Positions 24,795 through 32,000 of a DNA stretch of 32,000 nucleotides are shown one piece after another. The stretch comes from Staphylothermus hellenicus DSM 12710 (GTDB lineage: Archaea; Thermoproteota; Thermoprotei_A; Sulfolobales; Desulfurococcaceae): the NCBI RefSeq assembly GCF_000092465.1, contig NC_014205.1, forward strand, positions 990,001 through 1,022,000, in the 5' to 3' direction. Positions within the stretch are counted from its first letter, which is position 1, and the number at the start of each line of letters is the position of its first letter. The notes under the pieces were generated by a model. The model did no database searches and had not been told where the DNA came from. It saw only the letters and a list, made by a program, of their open reading frames with translations. A program made the position numbers and the translations under genes.

Positions 24795-26621
24795 TCATTT
24801 TTTCTTCTTTAATAGTAGAGCTATTATAATAATGAGTACTAGCGCTGCAATTACTATAGTCCAAACCAATAATCCTCCTCCACCACCTGTTATTCCTCCT
24901 GTTGAATATACTACTTTTAATTCGTGCACGCCCGGTTGATCCAGTGCAAATGTTGCTTGTGCTTCATCGCCTACTATAGTATACTGTAGCTCAGCATCAT
25001 CGATCATTATTTTGCTTAATGTATAAACTCCCGCCTTTAAAGGTACTTGTATAACGTATGTTTCTGGCACTCTAAAACCGGGTCTAGGAGGCGAGACAGA
25101 TTGATCTAGTGCTGTGATGTTTCTAGATGCTGGAGCCGAGGAGCCCTTGAATAATAGTTCTCCAGCCGAGCCAAGTAGTGTAAAGTTTATAGTTTCAGCT
25201 TGTTGAGGTAGATATGAGCCGTCAGGCGTTACAAATAAGATGACTAGCTTAGCTAATGGCTTAATCCTGAACTTTAAAGTAATCGTATCGCCTTCCTTCA
25301 ATGTAGCATTTACTTTTGATCCTGTGACTTCTGTTCCATTAGGTAGTATCCAACTTGTGAATACAAATTCTCCGTAGCCATCCCTTGTAATTCCTGTTTG
25401 TGGAGAGATTTCTAGAATATATGGTGCATTACTGTATGGTATTTTAACCGTGAACTCGTTGCTTTCAATCTCTGTTTGAACATATGGTGTTCCAGAATAA
25501 TAGTCATAAATAGATATCGCTGCCTTAGGCACGCCAGTGCCTCCTTCGGTAGCTATTTTAATATTAATAGGGTATTTAAGCTCTACAGCAACAACCCTGC
25601 ACGGTATTTTGGGGGAGAAAGCTGGGTTATAGAAGAAGGTCTTATATTGTTGTTCCGTAAAACCTGCTTCTCTAACTAAGTATTCGCGGTGGAGGGGACC
25701 AGCATAGATTTTCATATGGTATTCTTCGCTTTCGCCAGGGTTTAGTGTTAATGGTTTAAACTCTACACGTATAATGGTATTCTGTGCACCTCCAGCACTG
25801 GTTTCAAACCATACATAGCTTGTTTTTGAAACTGTTTCATCATCCGTCATGAATAATGCGATCATAAAGCCCCATGGTGATGGATCGGTTGTGTTATCAT
25901 AGATTCCAATACCCTTCAATGTGCCATTAACCTTTACCGGTCCTCCTGGAGCTCCTCCCCAGCTTGATCCCTGATAATAGGACTCTATTTTACCATCATT
26001 GAACAACATAAACTGGTATTCATCCTGCTTACTACCCATCAACGATACTAGCTCGATCATTGGGCCTGAAGAGCGTCCCCAAGGTTCTGAAAGATCAATT
26101 GTTACAGGGTTCGTTCCAGTATTGGTTAGTGTCATGTTGAAGTCCACAATAAATGATTCATTATATACACGATATGTTTTAATCACTTTTAACCCTGGAA
26201 ATGGCGTGTTTTCGTCTAGAGTATATGTGATCTGTATAGTTGTATAATTTTGTGTTTCCTCTAACACTTCATACGAAGCTTTAGCGTAAACAGCATGTCC
26301 TTCCCATGGATTGTTATCAGATATAATATCCCACATTAATGCATGAATAGTTGATTCTTTCCCAGCCAATCCACCCCTATCAGCAGCCATGCCTTTTTTA
26401 GCTACGGGGGTGTTTTTGAAATCACTACATACTGGTTGAATATTTTGTATTGCTCCACCATGTTCTAGGTCCCAAGTAATTTTCAGATAGGACTCAGTCA
26501 CTGTAACAGTATTGTCTGTCTCTGTCACAGCGGATAAGGCAGGTGTTGATGCAGAGAATAAACTAGCGATTACTACTCCTATTAAGAAGCTTAATAGAAA
26601 TCTATCAAGCAATTTCATCAA
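24795..26621 (-). CDS. Secreted, C-terminally anchored beta-rich surface protein of unknown function
   Basis: Signal-like 'FLLSFLIGVVIASLFSASTPALSA', Gly-rich linker 'GGITGGGGG', and TM plus basic tail 'LLVWTIVIAALVLIIIIALLLKKKK'. The likely start is the ATG at 26618, preceded by GGTGG. Confidence 0.6.
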   Translation of the reverse strand: MMKLLDRFLLSFLIGVVIASLFSASTPALSAVTETDNTVTVTESYLKITWDLEHGGAIQNIQPVCSDFKNTPVAKKGMAADRGGLAGKESTIHALMWDIISDNNPWEGHAVYAKASYEVLEETQNYTTIQITYTLDENTPFPGLKVIKTYRVYNESFIVDFNMTLTNTGTNPVTIDLSEPWGRSSGPMIELVSLMGSKQDEYQFMLFNDGKIESYYQGSSWGGAPGGPVKVNGTLKGIGIYDNTTDPSPWGFMIALFMTDDETVSKTSYVWFETSAGGAQNTIIRVEFKPLTLNPGESEEYHMKIYAGPLHREYLVREAGFTEQQYKTFFYNPAFSPKIPCRVVAVELKYPINIKIATEGGTGVPKAAISIYDYYSGTPYVQTEIESNEFTVKIPYSNAPYILEISPQTGITRDGYGEFVFTSWILPNGTEVTGSKVNATLKEGDTITLKFRIKPLAKLVILFVTPDGSYLPQQAETINFTLLGSAGELLFKGSSAPASRNITALDQSVSPPRPGFRVPETYVIQVPLKAGVYTLSKIMIDDAELQYTIVGDEAQATFALDQPGVHELKVVYSTGGITGGGGGLLVWTIVIAALVLIIIIALLLKKKK

Positions 26622-26731
26622 ATACCACCATATTTAATGGTTTATCATATTTAATAGTTTATTAAAAAGAATATTAAAAACTATTTCATTATAGCATTAT
26701 CTAAAAATCGTTTCTCGCAGAATTGATACGT

Positions 26732-27097
26732 TTATATCAAGAATTTAAGTCTATGCATTAATACTAAGACTCCTGCGAAACGGGCTTTTAAACCATTCAT
26801 AATATTATCTCTAGGCGGATCAAGAAAATATCCTTTGTAAAGGCCTGATAAATTAGTAATGTAGAAAGCTTGAAGAACAAATAAGGTTAGTGCAACTAGT
26901 TTCCAGGGTTTATTCTTTATTATTTGAATTATATCGTTGGTTACGTGATCAATTCTATTTATAAGCTCTTCATATACATCTATTCCCTCATCAATCATTG
27001 CAATGAATAAATCGTTTAAATCAATACCGTATTCTCTCAATAGATCATGTAGAGCTGTCTCAATCGGTATTGTTAAGTATTTTTCACCATTCAACAC
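26732..27097 (-). CDS. Hypothetical small protein with one TM segment
   Basis: 121-codon ORF overlapping the end of the upstream gene by 14 nt, with a GTG/TTG start. It has one hydrophobic helix 'WKLVALTLFVLQAFYI'. Confidence 0.4.
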   Translation of the reverse strand: MLNGEKYLTIPIETALHDLLREYGIDLNDLFIAMIDEGIDVYEELINRIDHVTNDIIQIIKNKPWKLVALTLFVLQAFYITNLSGLYKGYFLDPPRDNIMNGLKARFAGVLVLMHRLKFLI

Positions 27098-27935
27098 AAT
27101 AAGTACCCTTCACAATGTCTATTGCTTCATCAAGTCTTTTACGGGGTGCTTTAACCAGTGTATATTGTATATAGTCGGGTTTAACACATTTATTTATCTT
27201 CTTCAGTAAGACTCCATATTTAATCCTCTTCAATAAGGCATGTGCTATGTAATATTCTTCATAAGAATTCTTGCTAATGAGAACTAACTTTGTAAATCTA
27301 GGAATAAGGTATCTCAGATGCTTCTTGAAAATATCGTCTTCGCTTACCTCTTGAGATTCAATAACGTATCTGGCTATAGAATACTGTATTACATGCACTT
27401 TCTTATCTCTACTCATAAAATAAGCCATACTATAACCTATTTTGAAATCTCTAAGATTAACAAAGTAATCCTCATATAGTCTCAACCCTATACCCATTAG
27501 TCTCCAATTAACCATTCCATTATGGATTGGATGACAATTTATATTGCCTAGAATACTCATAAATGATCCCATAGATGCTGATACGCCATCTAATTGGACT
27601 ATAAATAATCGTCTTGTCTCGTCGCAAAACCATGACGCAGTAAATACTTTGTTGTTTTCATCTCTCAAAAAATATCCTAATACTTTATGTTTATGTAGCG
27701 TTGTCGAGAAACTACTTTTTCTAGTAAATCCTTTTTTCTCGAGTTTTCCAAGGTATTTCTCATAGGCTTTAGGGAAATCGCTTGGCTTACTATGTCTCCA
27801 ATATATTTCGAGTTTTGCACCGGTTTCAGGCGCAGCTACTAGGACTCCATTAATACTTGTTCCGCCCTCTCTAGTTATTTCCCATCCACTCGGTAGTTTT
27901 ACTTCGACCTTGTTCCAAGAAATTAGTTTATCCAA
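27084..27935 (-). CDS. Hypothetical protein (no recognised domain)
   Basis: 283-codon ORF. The TTG start is preceded by GGTG 8 nt upstream. It follows the PqqD-like gene on the same strand. Confidence 0.5.
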   Translation of the reverse strand: MDKLISWNKVEVKLPSGWEITREGGTSINGVLVAAPETGAKLEIYWRHSKPSDFPKAYEKYLGKLEKKGFTRKSSFSTTLHKHKVLGYFLRDENNKVFTASWFCDETRRLFIVQLDGVSASMGSFMSILGNINCHPIHNGMVNWRLMGIGLRLYEDYFVNLRDFKIGYSMAYFMSRDKKVHVIQYSIARYVIESQEVSEDDIFKKHLRYLIPRFTKLVLISKNSYEEYYIAHALLKRIKYGVLLKKINKCVKPDYIQYTLVKAPRKRLDEAIDIVKGTYCVEW

Positions 27936-27948
27936 GTATACGGCACCA

Positions 27949-28332
27949 CTATTTCTCCGGGATTTTTAATTCTATCAGGCCCTTCATTACAAGTGTTTTT
28001 ATATAGTGGTAAACAGCTAATTCAACATTTCTCCTGGAAAGACCGGTTATAGATGCTATTTTCTTAACTATGTTTTCAACGGTGTGTTCTCCATCACACA
28101 TTTTCCACACGATAGATCCTATTTTGTCGAGTACTATTCTTTTATATTTCGGCGGCGGAGTTATAGAGATCGCCTTAATTATTTTACCGATCAAACCCTT
28201 ATATTCGAGCTCGACGAGGATTGTAACTATGCCATCATCATCCTCTGTATAGTCTTCAACTACACGTATAGGAATTGATTTAAGCCATCGCTCCCTCTCA
28301 ATTCTTATACCTTTAGATCTTTTGAATATCAT
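27949..28332 (-). CDS. PqqD-family (RiPP-recognition-element-like) small protein
   Basis: 'LDKIGSIVWKMCDGEHTVENIVKKIASITGLSRRNVELAVYHYIKTLVMKGLIEL' (nt 27967-28131) fits the remembered PqqD/PF05402 pattern (Ln.tg..iW.l.dG..tv.eiv..l...y.v......D v..fl..L...gli). Its ATG overlaps the glycogen synthase stop as ATGA. Confidence 0.65.
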   Translation of the reverse strand: MIFKRSKGIRIERERWLKSIPIRVVEDYTEDDDGIVTILVELEYKGLIGKIIKAISITPPPKYKRIVLDKIGSIVWKMCDGEHTVENIVKKIASITGLSRRNVELAVYHYIKTLVMKGLIELKIPEK

Positions 28333-29978
28333 TTTCTAGCTCCCACATATATTTTTAAAGCTTTTTCAGCTGATTTATCCCATGTATAGCTTAGGGCTCT
28401 TCTAATACTTGATCTTCTAATGAGTTCTGGCGCTTTAGGATTCGATAATAATATTTCAACCAGTGCTTTATTATTTATTCTCTCCAGAATACTTTTCCAT
28501 TCATGGCTCCATAGTTGGTAATTAATTGTATTCATGAATAATAGGAGGTCACTTGTTTTATCGGCAAGATCGTCTGGATCTCCGGGGGTAACGTGTAATC
28601 CCGTACCCATAACACCGTTTGCAATAATGTCTATGACTGTTTCAGCTAATCCACCAGTCTTGCTAGCAACTACAGGTGCTCCTGCAGACATTGCTTCGAG
28701 AGCCATTAATCCAAATGGTTCATATATGCTTGGAGCAATCATTATATCTGCTGCGAGATGGGCTAGCTGATAAATGCTTTTCGCTCTCCCGAAGACCACT
28801 CGAATATTGTCAGGCATTGTTATAGTATACTCTATTAGTTCTTCAGCTAATTTTTTCTCGCCCCAAACAGGTAGTAATAGTAAAACAAATTTTGCACCTG
28901 GTACTCGATAAGTTATCTTCTCGACAGCTTTGAGAAATACATGTATACCCTTCTGCCTAGCCAGTCTACCAGTAATGATGGCTAGAGGGCCGTCTTCTTT
29001 GAAAGGATATATTTTACCTCCGCCAATAAAGGGGGGAATATCTATTTTATCTATGAATTCTCTGAATTCTCTATCATCAATAACTGGTTCTCCACCACTC
29101 ATTTTTCCTAGACCTTCAAGTAAGAAATACTTTCTAATATTGATACGGTTCGATACGATGTCGTTAAGATCTTTAATATATGTTTTAAGATCCTCATGTA
29201 TTTTTAGGACATTACTTATTATCTCCTCTGTTTTCCAAGTTGTAGCATTAGGTATGTAGTCGACGTGTTCCATTAGATCCCATCCTACCCTCTTAACTAC
29301 TTCCTTAATATATTCCCGGCTAACTGTAAGTGTTTTATCACTGAGCAATCCTCCTAATCTATCAGCGTATCCATGTGATAACTCATAGTATTCCTTAAAT
29401 GTTTTCCATCCATAAATACCGCGGATCTCCTTATTCGGATCTACTCCTATCATATAAGTCAGTTGTTCAAAGGGATAATAGTGCCTAGACAGTAAATGTA
29501 TTTGATAATAGAAGCCCACATAATTTCTTGATCCTTTGATATCGTAGACTGATTTTAAACCTATGATTCCTGGAACACTGTGCCAGTCATTAGCGTGAAT
29601 AATATCTGGTATTATTCCTTCACTACTCAGAATATATTCTGCATATAGTTTTAACCCTATACTCCATAGAATAATTTTTTCTAATAGGTATTCTGAAGCA
29701 TATACTTCGCTTTCCTCTAGTATGTCTCCTCCAATAATAACATGTTCTACTGGAGGCTTCGAATACTTATATATTTCTATTGTTTTATTTCTAATCTCAT
29801 ACTTCTTTATGAACTCTAATTCTTTAGAGTGCTCTTTTACGAATCCATGACTTGGAACAATAACAGTTACATCATGGCCTTTATTCTTTAAGGCAGTACC
29901 TAGTCTGGGAGGAACTTCTGCTAATCCACCAACCTTTCTAGTATAGGTTGATTCAAACGTTAAAAGCCATATTTTCAA
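28329..29978 (-). CDS. glgA: Glycogen (starch) synthase, archaeal GT-B type
   Basis: N-terminal 'KVGGLAEVP' with 'GHDVTVIVPSHG'. C-terminal 'PSIYEPFGLMALEAMSAGAPVVASKTGGLAE' is the E-x7-E region. The TTG start is preceded by GGAGGG. Confidence 0.88.
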   Translation of the reverse strand: MKIWLLTFESTYTRKVGGLAEVPPRLGTALKNKGHDVTVIVPSHGFVKEHSKELEFIKKYEIRNKTIEIYKYSKPPVEHVIIGGDILEESEVYASEYLLEKIILWSIGLKLYAEYILSSEGIIPDIIHANDWHSVPGIIGLKSVYDIKGSRNYVGFYYQIHLLSRHYYPFEQLTYMIGVDPNKEIRGIYGWKTFKEYYELSHGYADRLGGLLSDKTLTVSREYIKEVVKRVGWDLMEHVDYIPNATTWKTEEIISNVLKIHEDLKTYIKDLNDIVSNRINIRKYFLLEGLGKMSGGEPVIDDREFREFIDKIDIPPFIGGGKIYPFKEDGPLAIITGRLARQKGIHVFLKAVEKITYRVPGAKFVLLLLPVWGEKKLAEELIEYTITMPDNIRVVFGRAKSIYQLAHLAADIMIAPSIYEPFGLMALEAMSAGAPVVASKTGGLAETVIDIIANGVMGTGLHVTPGDPDDLADKTSDLLLFMNTINYQLWSHEWKSILERINNKALVEILLSNPKAPELIRRSSIRRALSYTWDKSAEKALKIYVGARK

Positions 29979-29996
29979 AATAAACCCTCCAAGGAA

Positions 29997-31946
29997 TTAT
30001 TGTGGAGCCACATAGTACTTAACAGTGGATCTGAATTCTTCTCCAGGCTTCAGCTCAATATTCTTCACAAACATGATCGCTATCCCCTGGAATATTTCCT
30101 GCATCCCCTTATCCGTCCTAGCTAGACTATTTAATGGCGCCACCCATACTTGATCGGTATTTTTAGATTCAAGTATGATATCCGGGTACACGGAACTTTT
30201 AATTACAACTTTATCATATTCTCCAACCCAGTACTCATTCGAGCGGTGGAAACCATCTTTTACTTCATAACCAATTGGTTTCCCCTTACCTGTCCTATCA
30301 ATCTTTGGAGCTACATGGTATTCCAACCCTATTATTGTATTTACAACTCTATTACCATGATTAACTATTCTATAATCAGTTAGTAAACCCTTATCTAAGA
30401 TCCTGATCTTCTTTTCAGCAAGGATCTTGGCTGGTTCCATACCGTAAACATAGTGTCCTCCAAGAGCTCTCATTACTAGTACGTCATCTTTTGTCAGAGA
30501 TGCACTATGCTTTTTCAGGGCAAGATCGCTTTGATCCTTAAAAGGCGTATTATTAATCCAGTCCCAAATAGAAGTATCGGGAGCCCAGAGATGTATTCGT
30601 AGACTAACCCTCCTATACCAGTCAGGGTTAAACTTTACCCCTTCAAGATATGGTTCCCGATACCGTGTCATGGTATCTTGAATATTATGTTCTAGATCCT
30701 TAGCTTTCACATCAAATTCAAAAAGCGTACCACCATCATCTGGCTTGAAATAAAGATTAAGCTTTTTAGTCTCAAACAAGTACTCGTTTCTACCATCATA
30801 GTCGAAATCAATATAATATATGTGTAGAGGCTCCTCATCATAATAGCCCATAGCTTCCTCAGCTAGCCTTTCTGCTTTCAAATAGTACTCGTATATTGCT
30901 TGTCTTAGATGGGACAAATATATTCCACCAAATAATCCATGCCAGTAAGCATCATTGCATTGTGCTAAGTGATAATATCTCCACGCCTCATCAGCTACTT
31001 CTGGCGCGTTCTTGAGTTTTCTCCTTACCCACAACATTTTTTTATGCATATTATTGCTTTCTCTATACTTAATCAAGAAGTTCCGGAAGAAACCATTGCT
31101 CCATTCCAGCATTTTATCATAGCTTCCAGTAGGTAAATACATTAATCCTCTAGCACCATATTCTCTTAGATACTCAATTGGATGAACCATGTTTATTTCG
31201 TGTCTTCTACTCCTAATTTTAGATAGGAAGTCGTTCAACCACCACCTAGCCCATCCCGGATCTTTCCATTCACCGAACTTCTCAGCATCACTACCCCACA
31301 CGATTACTCTATTTCCCTCCTCATCTCCTTTCGAAAGCATATAGTTGAATACTTCTTCACTAGTTCTCCAAGGAAGAACATATCTCAGAGCTGTATCGAT
31401 AAAGAATAATTTAACAATGTTTCCTCCCTCCTCAGTAATCCATGCATAGTATGCATTATCACTGCTTCGCCCAGCTCTATACAGTGTTGAATCATCTATG
31501 AACACGTATTCAACCCCGTTCTTAGCTAATGGTTCTGGAAGACTAGGCTCCCATACTCTCTCCGGGAGCCATAACCCTTTAGGTTTATACCCGAATATTT
31601 TTTCGAAGAACCTAAGATATTCTCTTACCTGATAATATCTATCCTCCGAGGGAAGCAGTGGTAGAATAGCTTCACCCATACTTCCAGCTAAAAACTCGAC
31701 AGTACCGTAGTCTCCGAGCCTAGCCATTTCATTTATCCATTCAGGATAATTATCCAGTAACCATAAGAGTAAGGGGCCGCTTATATGTACTGTAAATTTT
31801 AAGTCGGCATAACTCTTCATAATATCGAGTAACAACCTATAGCTATTCTCAAATATTCTCCTATTAACCCATTCAAGCTGGCCTGTTGGTTGATGAAAGT
31901 GAATTGTGAATATAAAGTTTATCCTAGCCAAGATCTTCTCCACCAC
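29997..31946 (-). CDS. GH57 4-alpha-glucanotransferase / alpha-amylase (Thermococcales AmyA-like), cytoplasmic
   Basis: 'INFIFTIHFHQPTGQ', 'GLWLPERVWEP', 'SDAEKFGEW' and 'AQCNDAYWHGLFGGIYLSHLRQAIY' align closely with the remembered Pyrococcus/Thermococcus GH57 enzyme of about 650 aa. The 5' end is uncertain: GTG at 31946, or a TTG about 15 nt downstream after GGTGGAG. Confidence 0.9.
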   Translation of the reverse strand: MVEKILARINFIFTIHFHQPTGQLEWVNRRIFENSYRLLLDIMKSYADLKFTVHISGPLLLWLLDNYPEWINEMARLGDYGTVEFLAGSMGEAILPLLPSEDRYYQVREYLRFFEKIFGYKPKGLWLPERVWEPSLPEPLAKNGVEYVFIDDSTLYRAGRSSDNAYYAWITEEGGNIVKLFFIDTALRYVLPWRTSEEVFNYMLSKGDEEGNRVIVWGSDAEKFGEWKDPGWARWWLNDFLSKIRSRRHEINMVHPIEYLREYGARGLMYLPTGSYDKMLEWSNGFFRNFLIKYRESNNMHKKMLWVRRKLKNAPEVADEAWRYYHLAQCNDAYWHGLFGGIYLSHLRQAIYEYYLKAERLAEEAMGYYDEEPLHIYYIDFDYDGRNEYLFETKKLNLYFKPDDGGTLFEFDVKAKDLEHNIQDTMTRYREPYLEGVKFNPDWYRRVSLRIHLWAPDTSIWDWINNTPFKDQSDLALKKHSASLTKDDVLVMRALGGHYVYGMEPAKILAEKKIRILDKGLLTDYRIVNHGNRVVNTIIGLEYHVAPKIDRTGKGKPIGYEVKDGFHRSNEYWVGEYDKVVIKSSVYPDIILESKNTDQVWVAPLNSLARTDKGMQEIFQGIAIMFVKNIELKPGEEFRSTVKYYVAPQ

Positions 31947-32000
31947 AATTAGATATCAACATTTCTTAATTATATTTAGCTCCCTAATTTTATAATAGTT

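Noticed and set aside
17974-26633. Recurrent ATATGG (CCATAT on the plus strand) in the upstream regions of the 651-aa, 676-aa, 1476-aa and 608-aa genes (17974-17979, 18029-18034, 20162-20167, 24745-24750, 26628-26633). It could be a shared regulatory motif.
   Set aside because: Two instances merge with the SD-like GGTGG/GGGAGG, and another is the edge of a TATA-like TTTAAATA. I cannot compute enrichment against background by eye. It needs MEME-type analysis with orthologous promoters before it can be claimed.
1-32000. Search for CRISPR arrays, transposases or integrases, prophage genes, toxin-antitoxin pairs and known defence-system signatures.
   Set aside because: I found no regularly spaced direct repeats, no cas-like, transposase-like or integrase-like motifs, and no terminal inverted repeats flanking any block. 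The DUF123 nuclease-like gene and the MoxR-VWA pair are adjacent but show no recognised defence-system architecture.

Overview
This is an AT-rich, densely coding chromosomal segment. Its content points to a hyperthermophilic archaeon, probably a Desulfurococcales-like crenarchaeote; that placement is inference, since no database search was possible. The supporting signs are three GH57 enzymes, an archaeal-type glycogen synthase, a C/D-box-like sRNA, G+C-rich islands in AT-rich spacers, GGTG/GGAGG Shine-Dalgarno-like motifs with frequent TTG/GTG starts, and surface proteins built as signal peptide plus C-terminal TM anchor.

Gene content, left to right:
- A GC-rich structured RNA fragment at the window edge and a second GC island.
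- A DUF123/GIY-YIG-like gene and a C/D-box sRNA candidate.
- A RavA-like MoxR AAA+ ATPase with a VWA partner.
- Several small hypothetical and membrane proteins.
- A membrane-tethered wHTH protein followed by a DHH phosphoesterase.
- A cytoplasmic GH57 paralog preceded by a small Cys-rich protein.
- A MacB-type ABC operon with a minimal 4-TM FtsX permease and two tandem ATPases.
- A 13-kb same-strand block encoding a surface-anchored GH57, two paralogous roughly 650-aa polytopic permeases (OPT-superfamily-like), a 1476-aa fusion protein and a 608-aa surface protein.
- A five-gene operon: GH57 4-alpha-glucanotransferase, glycogen synthase, a PqqD-like protein and two unknown proteins.

The most unusual element is the 1476-aa protein. 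It joins a PA/M28-like ectodomain whose catalytic residues appear eroded to a MacB/FtsX mechanotransmission permease module. The only compatible ATPases in the window sit in the nearby operon, which has two ATPase genes but one minimal permease. Together these could form an undescribed asymmetric type VII ABC surface machine within a polymer-acquisition locus.

No CRISPR array, transposase, integrase, rRNA or recognisable tRNA was seen.
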